Positions 12,427-24,830 of a DNA stretch of 64,000 bases are shown here, piece by piece (within the stretch, counting starts at the first letter, position 1; each line of letters begins with the position of its first letter). Below the pieces are notes generated by a model. It made no database searches, was not told the DNA's origin, and worked only from the letters and a program-made list of their open reading frames with translations. Location: contig CM052817.1 in NCBI GenBank assembly GCA_028534125.1, forward strand, positions 38,628,001 to 38,692,000, in the 5' to 3' direction. The DNA is from Lama glama (lineage: Eukaryota). A program made the position numbers and the translations under genes.

Positions 12427-13450
12427 ACACATGTATGTATATCACACACACATATATATATATCACAACTTCTTTATCCAATCATCTGTCAGTGGACATT
12501 TAAGTTGCTTCCATGTCTTGGCTGTTGTAAATAGTGCTGCTATGTACATTGAGGTGCATGTATCTTTTTGAATTAGAGTTTTCTCCAGATATATGCCCAG
12601 GAGTGGAATTGCTGGATCATAAGGTAAGTCTATTTTCAGTTTTTTAAGGAACCTCCATACTGTTTTCCATAATGGCTGCACCAAACTACATTCCCACCAA
12701 CAGTGTAGGAGGGTTCCCTTTTCTCCATACCCTCTCCAGCATTTATCGTTTGTGGACTTTTGAATGATGTCCATTCTGACTGTTGTGAGGTGATACCTCA
12801 TTGTAGTTTTGATTAGCATTTCTCTGATAATTAGTGATATTGAGCATTTTTTAATGTGCCATATGTATGTCTTTGTTGGAGAACTGCTTATTTAGGTCTT
12901 CTGCCCAGTTTTGCATTGGGTTGTTTGGCTTTTTGTTATTGAGTTGTGTGAGCTCTTTGTATATTCTGGAAATTAAACCTTTGTCAGTTGCACTGTTTGC
13001 AAATATTTTCTCCTGTTCCCTTGGTTGTCTTTTCATTTTGTTTATGGTTTCCTTTTTCTGCAAAAGCTTTTAAGTTTAATTAGATCCCATTTGTTTATTT
13101 TTGCTTTTATTTCTATTGCCTTTGGAGACTGAGCTAAGAAAACATTGCTACAGTTTATGTCAGAGAATGTTCTGCCTATATTCCCTTCTAGAAGATTTAT
13201 GATGTCCTGTCTTATGTTTAAAAGTCTTTAAACCTTTTTGAGTTTATTTTTGTGTATGATGTGAGGAAGTGTTCTACCTTCATTGATTTACACGTGGCTG
13301 TCCAGCTTTCCCAACACCATTTGCCGAAGTATATACCACGAAGGATACTTGCCTCCTTTGTCGAAGATTAATTGACTGTAGATGTGTGGGTTTATTTCTC
13401 AGCTCTCTATTCTGTTCCATTGATCCATATATCTGATTTTTATGCCAATC
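11911..13450 (-). mobile_element. Young lineage-specific L1, 5'-truncated (ORF2 C-terminus plus complete 3'UTR)
   Basis: ORFs 12463-12819 ([18 protein letters not shown] zinc knuckle, [12 protein letters not shown]) and 12851-13063 are L1 ORF2p; T-tail on the left; possible TSD aggaa(t/c)tttt. Confidence 0.95.
12369..12462. repeat. Compound (TG)n(TA)n microsatellite in the L1 3'UTR
   Basis: Seen directly. Confidence 0.95.
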
Positions 13451-13454
13451 TGAT

Positions 13455-13620
13455 GAGGAACTTTTTTAGGCTGTGGCCTTGTTGTGAGAGGTTCATTCAA
13501 ATAGCCATTTCCTAAATTTCCCTGTTATTTTTCTCTCTGATCTTTTTCTTCAAGACCACTGATCATGGCACAGGAAAGGGAAGGACTGTAGGCTCTCCAC
13601 CCATTCCAAGAAGTGTCTAC
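13455..13620 (-). mobile_element. Continuation of the ERVL-class internal remnant beyond the L1 insertion
   Basis: 'tctttttcttcaagaccactgatca' resembles the antisense ERVL pol segment expected next. Confidence 0.4.
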
Positions 13621-14190
13621 AACAGAAATATTAATATATGCTGTAAGTTCTCAAAACTTTAGCAAGATTTCAAGCTACATCCAATGACTGTATTAAATTT
13701 TAACTTATTTTTGTCTTAGCCTGACTCAGATCTTTTTCCCATTTGATTTCGTGTTTTATAGTTCCTCAGTCATAAAGGCCTCATTTTATTAAACTTGAAA
13801 GTTTAGGTTTATAGAATTCTAAAATGCCATATAGCTTGTGTTTGTGAAGGTATATATATGTGGGCATACCTATATACACTCCTTTGAGCAGACAAAATGT
13901 CTAAGAAGTGCATACCAGCCCGTTAATGACTATCTTTGAGGCATGGATTAGGGGAAAAGGAGAAGGGTTGGTGTTGTGGTGGAGAGCAGTTTTTTTGTTT
14001 TGCTTCAAAAAATGTGTTCTACTTGACATTTTATATTCTACTAAGTATGTATTTTCATTAATATGAAAAATGAATATGCTTTTGATTTTTTGTTATAGTT
14101 AATGTTAGGAGAGATAATTTCAGAATGATTAAGGACTAGTAAACAGTACTTACATATAAAGCTATCTGCTGCAACAAAAGTATATGTAAT

Positions 14191-14362
14191 TTTTTAAATT
14201 GAAGGATAGTTGATTCACAATATTGTGTTAGTTTCAGGTGTACAGCAAAGTGAATCAATTACATATATATATATATATATTTTCAGGTTATTTTCCATCA
14301 TAGGCTATTATAAGATTATGTTCTGTATGCTATATGGTAAATCCTTGTTGCTTATCTATTTT
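14191..14362 (-). mobile_element. Short L1 3'-end insertion
   Basis: 'attgaaggatagttgattcacaatattgtgttagtttcaggtgtacagc'; 13-bp TSD aagtatatgtaat (14178-14190) / aagtgtatgtaat (14363-14375). Confidence 0.85.
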
Positions 14363-14939
14363 AAGTGTATGTAATGTTAAAAAAATATTTTTAGCACACG
14401 TATTTGACAGTCAGATGTTTTTTGAACTTCATTGCATGAATTAGTTTTTTATGTAATTGCATCAAAGTTGAATCTCTTTGCTTTTCTCATCAACATATGT
14501 TTCCAAAAATATATATACAAGTTTCCACTTAAAACTGTAATTAACAGAAACTGTAATATATCCTAAACTGAAATGTCTATAATTCAAATTGCAATAAGGA
14601 ATTGCAGGAGAGAGGCCTTCAACATATTACTCTCCTTTTGCTAATTTTGGGCTTCATGTCTGGGCATCTGATAGGACCCCAGTGTTATAAAGGGCACTTA
14701 ACTAGGAATATATGGATGTATTTTCTAGTCTTCAGTATATGCAGGCTGGATTGCATCATCTTCAGACTATTTACTAGTTGATGATGATTTTGTCACCTTC
14801 CACGGAGCTGACCATTATCTCTTTCTCCTTAAGTAAACCTATTCCTTCAAGTATATACATAAAGAAAAGAGAACAGATTGTAAGTGTACAGTTAAGTGAA
14901 TTTTCTCTAAATGAACATGCTGTACCATTAAAAAAAAAA

Positions 14940-15612
14940 AAAAGAAAAAGAATAGGCAAGCCCAAGTCTGGGGAAAGTATTTGCAAAACATGTATCTAGC
15001 AAAGCATTTGAACCAAAATATCTTAAGAATTCTCATAATTTAATAATAATACAAAGAACTCTGTCAAAAAATTGACAGAGGATTTGCACAGACATTTTAC
15101 TGTGGGTAGGTGAGTAGCCAATACATACCACATAGAAAGATGCAAGTACATAGAAAGATGCTCATCACACTAATCATCAAGGAAATATGAATTAAAACTG
15201 TACTGTGATACTACTACACATCCACTAGCATGGCTAAGAATCAAGTCTGACAATGTTAAGATCTAATGAGAGTGTGGAGCAGCTAGAAGTTTCCCCTCAT
15301 ATGCTGCTGGTGAAATGGTATATGCACTTCAGCGAATACTTGATTAGTTTCTTATTTTTTAATTCTTTTTTTTGGGGAGTAGGGGAGAGGTAGTTAGGCT
15401 TACTTATTTATTATTATTTTTTTTAATTTAACAGAGGTAATAGGGATCAGTACCCAGATCTCATGCATGCAAAGCATGCGTTCTACAACTGGACTATACC
15501 CTTCCCTCCAGTTTCTGATAATGTTAAACATATTCCTTCTGAGCTATAAATTCCTAGGTATATACCCAAAAGAAGTGAAAGCGTATGTCTACAAAAAAGC
15601 TAAGGTTCATAG
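14940..15612 (+). mobile_element. Old L1 ORF2 C-terminal fragment, interrupted by a SINE
   Basis: 'gtatttgcaaaacatgtatct', 'atcatcaaggaaatatgaattaaaac' and 'ttcctaggtatatacccaaaagaagtgaaagc'. Confidence 0.8.
15356..15509 (-). mobile_element. Camelid tRNA-derived SINE (Vic-1-like), more diverged copy
   Basis: 'tcatgcatgcaaagcatgcgttctacaactggactatacccttccc' matches the SINE at 916-1051; TSD agtttcttat / agtttctgat. Confidence 0.8.
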
Positions 15613-17385
15613 CAAAATGGTTTTAATGTGCTTTTCAAGAATAATTAGTGATATGAACATCCTTTCATATGCTTATTTGCTATCTATGTCTGGATTTTTT
15701 TTTTTAAGTAGTGACATGTTTGCTCTTTTTAAAATTGGGTTGTTTATTTTATTATTATTATTATTGAGTTACAAGAGCTCTTTATATATTTTGGGTATAC
15801 CTGTCTTTTATCTGGTATTTTACAAATAGTTTCTCCCAATATGTGGCTTCATTTCATTTTTAAAACAGTGTCTTTTGAAGAGCAGAAGTTAATTTTGATG
15901 AAATTCAGTTTGTCAGTTTTTCTTTTATGGTTTGTGCTTTATATCCTAGCAGAGGATTTTTTGCCTAATACAAAGTCACAATAATTTAGCACTGTTTTAT
16001 TCTAGAAGTTTTATAGTTTAAGGTTTTACATTTAGGTCTATGATCCATTTTGAGTTAAATGTTGGATGTGATGTGTGGGTTGGTTGAGATTTTTGTTTTG
16101 TTTTGGATCTTGCATGTGATTGTCCAATTGTTCTCACACTATTTGGTGAAAAGTTTTTCCTTTCTCCATTCCTCTGCTTAACATCTTTGTCAAAAATGAA
16201 TTGACCATAAATATCTTCATCTGTTTGTGAAATCTGTATTTTTTTCATTGATCTAGGTTTCTGTCCTTTCACCAGTACCACACTGTCTTGATTACTGTAG
16301 CTTTATAATAAATCTTGGTGTCATGTAATAGAAGTACTCCAACATTTTTTTGTTTTGAAGTTGTTTTGGCTGTTTTAGTTTCCTGGCTCTTCTATGTGAA
16401 TTTTAGAATCAACCATTTTGATGGTTTCCCAGAAAACCTCCAAAATCTACAATAGTTTTGATTGGAATTGCATTGAATCTGTACATGAATTTGTAGAGAA
16501 GTGATATCTTAATTATGTTGTCTCCCAATCCATGAATATAGTATATCTCTTTATTTACTCAGGTCATCTTTGGTTTATCTCATCGGTGTTTTATAGTTTT
16601 CAGAATACAAATCTTGCGAATAGTTTGCTAGATTTATCCCTAAGCATTTCATGTTTTTTTGGGTGCTATTACAAATGGCAGTATATAAATATGTAAATTT
16701 CCAATTGTTTCATTGTTGATATATGGAAACATGATTAATCTTTGTATATTGAACTTTGTATACTACAACCTTACTAAATCCCCTTATTAAATCTAGTAGG
16801 CTTTTTTTTTTTTGGTAGATTCTTTGGGATTTTCTATATAGACAGTCTTACTTCTTCCATTGTAATGTGGAATTACATTAATGAAAGTGCCTTTTATTTT
16901 TTTTCCATACCTTATGGTACTGGCTAGGACTTCCAGTATAATAAAGACAGAAAGAATTCAGCCTTTCACCATTACACATGACGTTAGCTTTATTTGTTTT
17001 AAAGATCCATTTGTCATCTTAAGGTTCATTCTTGCCCTGATTTACTAAGAGTTTTTGAAATCATGAATGAATGCTGAATTTTGTCAAATGCTATTTTTGT
17101 ATCTATTGAGATTATCATTGGTTTTTCTTTATTCTGTTGGTATGGTTAATTATATTGATAAATTTTTGAATGTTGAACCAGCCTTCTATTTCCAGGATAA
17201 ACTCCACTTGGTCATGATGTAATATCCCTTTTATAGTGCTAATATTTTGTTAAAAAATTTTTGCATCTGTGTTCACAAAGGATATTGGATTTGTTTATTT
17301 CTTTTCTCTTAATATCTGTGTCAGATTTTGATATTGAGATATTGCTTGTCTTATAAGTTGCTTTGGGAAGAATTTTCTCCAGTCT
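15613..17385 (-). mobile_element. Old L1 ORF2 fragment (about 1.8 kb, degenerate)
   Basis: ORF 16018-16281 contains ORF2-like 'IYGQFIFDK' and 'NSKWIIDLNVKP'; 'gattggaattgcattgaatct', 'gctaggacttccagta' and 'gaattttgtcaaatgc'. Confidence 0.85.
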
Positions 17386-17399
17386 GGATTGAACTAGAT

Positions 17400-19430
17400 A
17401 GTGTAAACACACCTATTTAGTTAGCTATATTTTGTGTTAAAAAGCGGGGAAGGGATAAAGCACACTCATATCTGTTTAGCTTTACAAAAAAAGGTGGGCA
17501 GTGGAAGGTAATGAGAATAAAGTTTTATGGTAGGGAATGACATAAGACATAATGACATAAAAAAGGCATACACCTTTTTATGTAGTTTTGATGTTTCAAA
17601 GCATGTTATCTTCCATATTCAAAATAAGGATGGGAATGGGGAAAATTCAAAACCACCAGAATGAATGAAACTGATTGTATTTTAAGTTAGTACTATACTT
17701 ACATTGAAGGAGAAGAGAAAGTGAATCTTAATTTTTTAACATAATATTTGACTGTTTATCCTCAGTTTGGGTGGAGGTAAGGGGGGAATTGCAAACAAAT
17801 CCTGAACTCTTTCCACTAGAGTTTATTTTTTGTAGTGATGTGGACAAAGTAACTCTGGGTCATTTTTAGGTGTGTTATGGATTGAGTAAATGTTTTCAGG
17901 TTGTTGAGGTCAGGACCTGAGGAAGGAGGGACCTACAAATATGGGATGGGAAAAGGTGAAAATGAATACTGTGGGGATGGGCTGTAATTGAAGGTATCAG
18001 TGTGAATTTATTATTTTTGAAACCAGTATGTACCTGTACATTTGTATATGTATGAACATATATATATATATATACACACATCCATTTATTTGTGTGCATA
18101 TATATGTATATGTATGCATGTATTTCCTGGTAGTTCTGTCCGAGAAAAAGGCAAAGATCAGTGGGTACACCTATCGTAAATCTTGGTCTCTAACATTGTT
18201 GTCAACACGAAAAAATTGGAGTTCCTCAGAGAAATGGCTGATTGCAAGTCCAGGCAGGGTATACATATCAGGTGAATCTTGTTTTTTTTGTTTGTTTGTT
18301 TGTTTTTCGTTTTTTTAATACTAGAAAATAAGAAAATGTTTCTAAAAACAAAATGGGAGCAAGTCACAAGAAGCCTGTTGGGGGTCCTACTGGCCCAGTC
18401 ATATAAGTGTAATAATGAATTATGAACCATTAAAAACAGGAATTCATTATCCATAATAAACTGATAAATAAATGAATAAATAGAGGAATCTCTTGCTTAC
18501 AGTAGAATTCTGGATACTAGAGTTGGAAAATCATCATTTTGCAGCACTTACAGTAAAGATTAGAAACGGCAAGAATCAAAACAAAATAGAAGGGGAAATA
18601 CCGGTGAGGAGCAGGGTATTTCCATAGTGTTAAAGTGTCTTTCCACTTTGCATATTATTTGCAAAGTATACAATAGAGTTTATACGTTGGTAGAATCCAA
18701 CAGCAACATGGGGTAGATAGATACTGTGTGAATCTGGATGTGGCGCTTTGAGGGCACACGTCATCATCTGTGTAGTATTCTGACCAAGACTGTATAACCC
18801 GATCTAGTCATGAGCAAACATTAGGCAAACCCCAAAAAAGGAAGGAACATTCTACTTAATAAGAAGGAGGGGAGGCTGTGTTCTTCAAAAAACAAACAAA
18901 CAAAAACCCCCACAACCCACTGTCATGAAAGACAAAGGCTGTGGAAGTGTTCCAAATTCAAGGTAGCATAAGAAAGATGACCACTAACTGCAATACCTGA
19001 CCCTGGACTGGATCTTATACTGGGTGGGGAGAAAAGTACTATAAAAGGATGTCATATGGACCAGTTGCAATAAGTTGGAGTACATATCCTAAATACAGAT
19101 ATTGTAGCAATGTGCAGATTACCAACAATAACTGTATTGCAGTTATAAAAGAGAATCTCTCTCTGTTCTTAGGAAATGTACACTGAAGCAAAGGAGCAAA
19201 GGACCATGATGTATATAAGGTATCCTCAGTTGGTTTCTAGAAAAAAATAAAAGTTGGAGTGTGTGTGTGTCTGGGTGAAGGGAGAGTGCAAGAAAGTACA
19301 TGAGCACAAGTGACAGAACAAAGAAGGTAACATTAACAATTGGTGACTTTGAGTGTAAGGGTGATTTTTTTATTCTTATATTTGCAGCTTATCTGTAAGT
19401 TTGAAATTACTTCCAAACAAAATATTTAAA
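17400..19430 (+). mobile_element. L1MC-like long 3'UTR
   Basis: 'ttcctcagagaaatggctgatt', 'ctggactggatct' and the terminus 'tctgtaagtttgaaattacttccaaacaaaa'. Confidence 0.65.
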
Positions 19431-19834
19431 ACACTTACAAATATCTGCCCTTTATTTTTAGACTTTCCTTATTTATAAAGAGCTCAGTTCTTTGTAACAA
19501 GTTTGGAATGAACATTTTTATAATATTTTCCTATGTGTTGGTGTTGTGGCTCTGCAAACCACTGTTGAATATGATACAGTTAGTGGGAAATAAATGTCGC
19601 TCTTGGACAACAAGAACCTAAAACCTAATTGGGGGGAAACCATTTACTCTATTGATTGCTTTATGTTTATGTTAGCTGCAACATTTACTGAAGTCTTTGA
19701 GTTATTGCTATTATCGCTTATCTGTTGAAAACATATTAGAAAGATTCTTTTACAGCAAGAGTCTAGTGTTGCCCCGATTAGATTATTTTGTTTTGTAAAC
19801 TCAGAAAGATTGTTGTGTTTAGCCCTAAGAATGT

Positions 19835-21260
19835 AATTATTCATTTGTTCATTCAAAAAATGTTTATTGAATGCCTACTATGTGCTGGGCCCCTTCCTAG
19901 GCATTGAAGGTGTAGCACTGAGCAAAACAAAGTTCTTGCCCTTGTGGATTTCATGTTTTGTGGGAGGACATACAAAAATAGGAATGGAAGTGAAATGAAT
20001 GCTGGTAACATTGGAGAAAAATTAATCAGGGAAGTGAGTTAGAGCTGCTGGGAATGAAATGGTTACAGTTTTAAGTAGAACAAATAGGAAAGAGTTAACA
20101 TAGGAGCCATTTGGTCCAAGATCTGAAGATAGGGAGTGAGCTAAGTAGAGATAATCATCTCTTGGAATAGCAACAAGTGTACAGGCTGTGAGGCAGGAGT
20201 ATGCCTAGCCTGTGTGAGGAATAGCAAGGAGGTCAGCAGGAAAGGAGGTCAGAGGTAATGGAGGCTAAATTATATAGGTTCTTTTTGCTGTTTTGAAGAT
20301 TTTGGCATTTATTCTGATATGAGAAGCCACTGGGAGATTTTGGGTGCAGATGTTACATTATATGATATACGTAACATTATCAGGATCCCTCTGATTGCTT
20401 TGATGAGAAAGGACTGAAATAGGGAGAGCCTAGAAGTTAGGAGTCCTTTTACTAATCTATGGAAAAAATCCAAATGAGAAATGATAGTTTCTACTGTACA
20501 GAGTCTTGAGAAGTGTCAGAGTCTACATAGATTTAGTAGTTGGAGCCAGTGGTGTTTGCTGATGGGTTAGAAAGAGGATAACTTGAACCTTAGTGATCAA
20601 TGGAGAAAAGGGGGAAATTAGCAAAGGAAGCTGAGGAGTGGCCCCTGAGATAGAATGAAACCAGGAGAATCTTTGTTCTGGAAGCCAGGTAAAGCAAGTG
20701 TATCAGGGCTTGATCACACCGATTGTTGCAGATGGGTCAAGAAAGATGAGATCTGATTGGCTTTTCGATTTTACAATGTGTGTGTGAGTGATTGGTGACT
20801 TTAGAGTTTCAGGAGTGTGTTGGGGAGCAAAAGTCTAATTGGAATATGTTCAATTTGAATTGGAGAATGCTTGAAGGCAGAGAGTAAGGACAACTTTTCT
20901 GACCTTTCACTGAAAAGGGAATCAAAGAAGCTGGCCATAACCTAGAGGAATATGTAGGGGTCAAAAGGTTTACTGTTTGTTTTCTAATGATTGGAAATAC
21001 ATATGTACACCAATGATTTTGCTTTATTGGGAGGACAAAATTAGGAAGTTAGTGATGTAGGAAAGAGAAGAGGGGCTTACTAGAGCAGTGTCTTTGACTA
21101 GTAAGGGCATAACATTTAGTATTGAAGTAGGGAAGTTAGACTTTGATACGGTTTCAGAAAGTTCAAACACAGTAGAAGGTACAGATTCAGGTAAGTGGGT
21201 AAATATGGTTCTGCAAGTTCACTTCTGATTGCTTATATAGAAATCAAGGCCAGCAGTGTA
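19835..21260 (-). mobile_element. L2a 3' portion
   Basis: 'tcatttgttcattcaaaaaatgtttattgaatgcctactatgtgctgggc' followed by a long purine-rich L2 body. Confidence 0.85.
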
Positions 21261-21807
21261 GACTGATTCAGATTTTATGTAGCTTTTGGTTTTTTCCTAT
21301 GTGATGCTGTTCATCAGGTGATCTGCCAGGAGTCCTGAGAAGCCATAGGAGGGCTATAGCCCTGCTTGTTAAAATTTCTTTTTTGAATATTTAGCTTTTT
21401 GTTACTCTGTCCAGTTTATTTAACACTTGGGAAGAGATTTCTTAAACCCTTTTGGGGCTATAACTGGAAATAATTTTTTTCTCATTAATCTTCAAACTGA
21501 AGAGTATGATTCAAAGGCCCTTAGAATTTATTAGTACAATTTTCACATTATATATAAGAAAACCAACTTAAAGTCATAGCTAGGAAGTACAGCTGATTGT
21601 CTAGCCAAGTCTGGAATCCAGGTCTCTGTTATTCTGACTCATGTAGTTTAATTTTGAAATTCAGTTTTTATACCTTTGTGCATATACATTCAAATTCAGC
21701 CCTTTGACAGTATAACTAACTTATTCTAAATTGGAGGCAACCAAAGCGTGAAATAAAATCACACAAAATGTCAGGTTCAAAAATGAGAACTCTAAAATGT
21801 GATTTAA

Positions 21808-23172
21808 TACATCAAAAAAAAAAAAAACTAACAAGAATAAACCTGACCAAGGAGGTTAAAGACTTATATGCTGAGAACTATAAAACATTGATACTTGAAG
21901 ATGATTCAAAGAAATGGAAAGATATCCCATGCTCTTGAATTGGAAGAATTAATATTGTTGAAATGACCATACTACCCAAAGCAATCTATAGATTTAATGT
22001 GATCCCTGCCAAATCACCCATGACATTTTTCACAGAACTAGAACAAATAATCACAAAATACATATGGAACCATAAAAGACCCAGAATTGACAAAGCAATC
22101 CTGAGGAAAAAGAAGAAAGCTGGAGGCATAACCCTCCCAGACTTCAGACAATACTACAGAGCTCCAGCCATCAAAAAGCATGATATTGGCACTAAAACAG
22201 ACATCTGTCTGGATCAATGAAATGGAATAGAGTCCAGAAATAAACCCACATTCCTACACTCAATTAATCTTTGACAACGGAGGCAAGAATATAGTGGAAA
22301 AAAGACAGTCTTTTGGGCAAGTGGTGTTAGGAAAGCTGGACAGATGCATATAAATCAGAGTAGAACACTCTGTCACACTATACACAAAAATAAACTCAAA
22401 ATGACTTAAAACCTTAAACATAAGACAGGACACCATAAATCTCCTAGAAGGGAATATAGGCAAAACATTGTCTGACATAAATCGTAGCGATGTTTTCTTA
22501 GGTCAGTCTCCCAAGGCAACAGAAATAAAAGCAAAAATAAACAAATGGGACCTAATCAAACTTATAAACTTTTGCACAGCAAAGGAAACCATAAAACAAA
22601 AAAGCAGCCTACAGAAGGGGGGAAAATATTTGCAACCAATGTGACCAACACAGTCTTAATTTCCAAAATATACAAACAGCCTATACAACTCAATAACAAA
22701 AAAACTAAACCATCCAGTCTAAAAATAGGCAGAAAATCTAAATTGACATTTCTCCAAAGAAGACATACAGATGACCAATTAGCACATGAAAAGATGTTCC
22801 ACATAGCTATTTATTAAAGAAATACAAATCAAAACCACAATGAGGTACCACCTCACACTAGTCAGAAAGGCCATTATTGAAAAAGTCTACAAATAATGAA
22901 TGTTGGAGAGGGTGTGGAGAAAAGGAATCCTACACTGTTGGTGAGAATGTAAATTAGTGCAGCCACTATGGAAAACCGTATGGAGATTCCTTAAAAAACT
23001 AAAAATAGACTTACCCTATGCTCCAACAATCCCACTCCTGGGCATATATCTCCAGAGGAAACTAATTCAGAAGATATATGCACCCCAGTGTGCATAGCAG
23101 CACTGATTACAAAAGCAACTTAAATGTCCATCAACAGATGAATGGATAAAGAAGAAATAGTATATATATGTG

Positions 23173-23226
<54 letters not shown>

Positions 23227-23590
23227 GGAATACTACTCAGCCATTAAAAATGAAATAATGCCATTTGCAGCAACATGGATAGACCTAGAGATTATCTTAC
23301 TAAGTAAAGTAAGTCAGACAAAGACAAATACCATATGATATCATTTATGTGTGGAATATAAAATATTATACAAATGAACTTATTTGTAAAACACAGACAG
23401 ACTCACAGACATAGAAAACAAACTTACGGTTACCAAAGGGGAAAAGAGGGGAGGAGGGATAAATTAGGAGTTTGGGACTAGCAGATACAAACTACTATAT
23501 ATAAAATAGATAAACAACAGGTCCTACTGTATAGCACAGGGAACTATATTCAATATCCTGTAATAGGCCATAATGGAAAAGAATATGAAA
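21808..23590 (+). mobile_element. Young lineage-specific L1, 5'-truncated, missing the last ~100 nt of the 3'UTR
   Basis: ORF 21963-22220 ([12 protein letters not shown]...WNHKRPRI) is ORF2p; frameshifted downstream; 14-bp TSD aaaatgtgatttaa (21794-21807) / aaaatatgatttaa (23591-23604). Confidence 0.95.
23176..23223. repeat. (CA)n microsatellite, about 24 units, in the L1 3'UTR
   Basis: Seen directly. Confidence 0.95.
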
Positions 23591-23899
23591 AAAATATGAT
23601 TTAAATCATGATTTGTATTAAATACCTAAAATTATATTATGCTGCATATTGTAATTGGAATGCACTGAAATCATATCAAAGCATGTGTCCTTGGCTGAAT
23701 TTACATTAAAAGATTATAAAACAGGATCAATTATATGCCATTTTAGATTACTGACACTTTTAGACATCGGTAGATGGCATTAATTACTAAAACAGGTTAG
23801 AAAAGCATCAGTACTCGAGCATGCTGTTTATAGTTCTGTCTGGCCTCCTGGTATTTCTGCTTCTTTATCTCAGCGCTGACCTGCACCTGGTAATTCAAA

Positions 23900-24830
23900 A
23901 AAGGTAAAGCCAAATAATCAGCATCCAAAATACAATATACAATTTCTATGAAATATTGAAGGGCAAAAAACTGAGGAGGAAGGTGGCAATAAAAATAAAT
24001 AGGCATTTCATAAAAGAGGAAACATGAGTTACCCAATAAACATAAAGAAATGCTCAGTATCATTAATCAACAGGAAAATGTAATTTAAGAGCACAATTGT
24101 ATGGTTTTATACCCCCAGCTTAAGAAGTTGACATTATTGAATGTTGGAGAGGATGTGGGTCAGCATGAACTACCTGGGGCTGGTGAGATTATACATTGCT
24201 AAACACACTTTGGAAAAAATAAAAATTGGCAACCTCATGAAAAATTGAAATACATATATTCCTCAACTCTTAGACAAATACTTAAGAAAAACTTTGACAC
24301 ATGTGGAATAGATGTGTATGAGAGCTTTCATAACATGCTCATAATAGCAAAACAAAACAAAACAAAAGCTGTAGAGAAAATAAGATGCTATTGTAAAGAG
24401 AATGGATAATTCATTTATGGTATATTTCCATCATGTAGAATTATTTTGCAGTGAAATGAACTACAGCTACATGCAACAATATGTCTATACCTTGGAAACA
24501 TAATATTGAATGAAAAAATGAAACACTAGAAGAGCTGCTTAATACCATTTTCACAGAATTCAGAAACAAAATGAAAGTGTTGCTGAGGGGTATGTACACA
24601 TGTGGTGTACTTTCTAAAAAGCAAAGGAATGATAAACACAAATAGAACAGTAAGTGCAGGAGACTGAAAGGATGAGAGAGATGGGGCCTAGAACAGGGAG
24701 GAGCAAAGCAGTAAACCATTACCAGTAACTTACATTTAGGTTCTTGAGTTGGGGGACAGGTACTTTGATGTTCATTCTGTTATTTTGCTTTGAATTTAAA
24801 ACATGTTACAAATAATGTGTTCTATGTAAG
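23900..24830 (+). mobile_element. Ancient L1ME-like ORF2-end/3'UTR fragment
   Basis: 'aaatgctcagtatcattaatcaacaggaaaatg', 'tgttggagaggatgtggg' and 'gaactacagctacatgcaaca'. Confidence 0.75.

Noticed and set aside
12463..13063. ORFs as a functional gene
   Set aside because: Frameshifted, 5'-truncated L1 ORF2 C-terminus with no promoter, endonuclease or RT domain
15467..15829. 120-aa ORF
   Set aside because: Chance reading across SINE, sense L1 and antisense L1 junctions
21963..22817. ORFs as a functional gene
   Set aside because: Disrupted L1 ORF2 fragments and off-frame or antisense L1 readings
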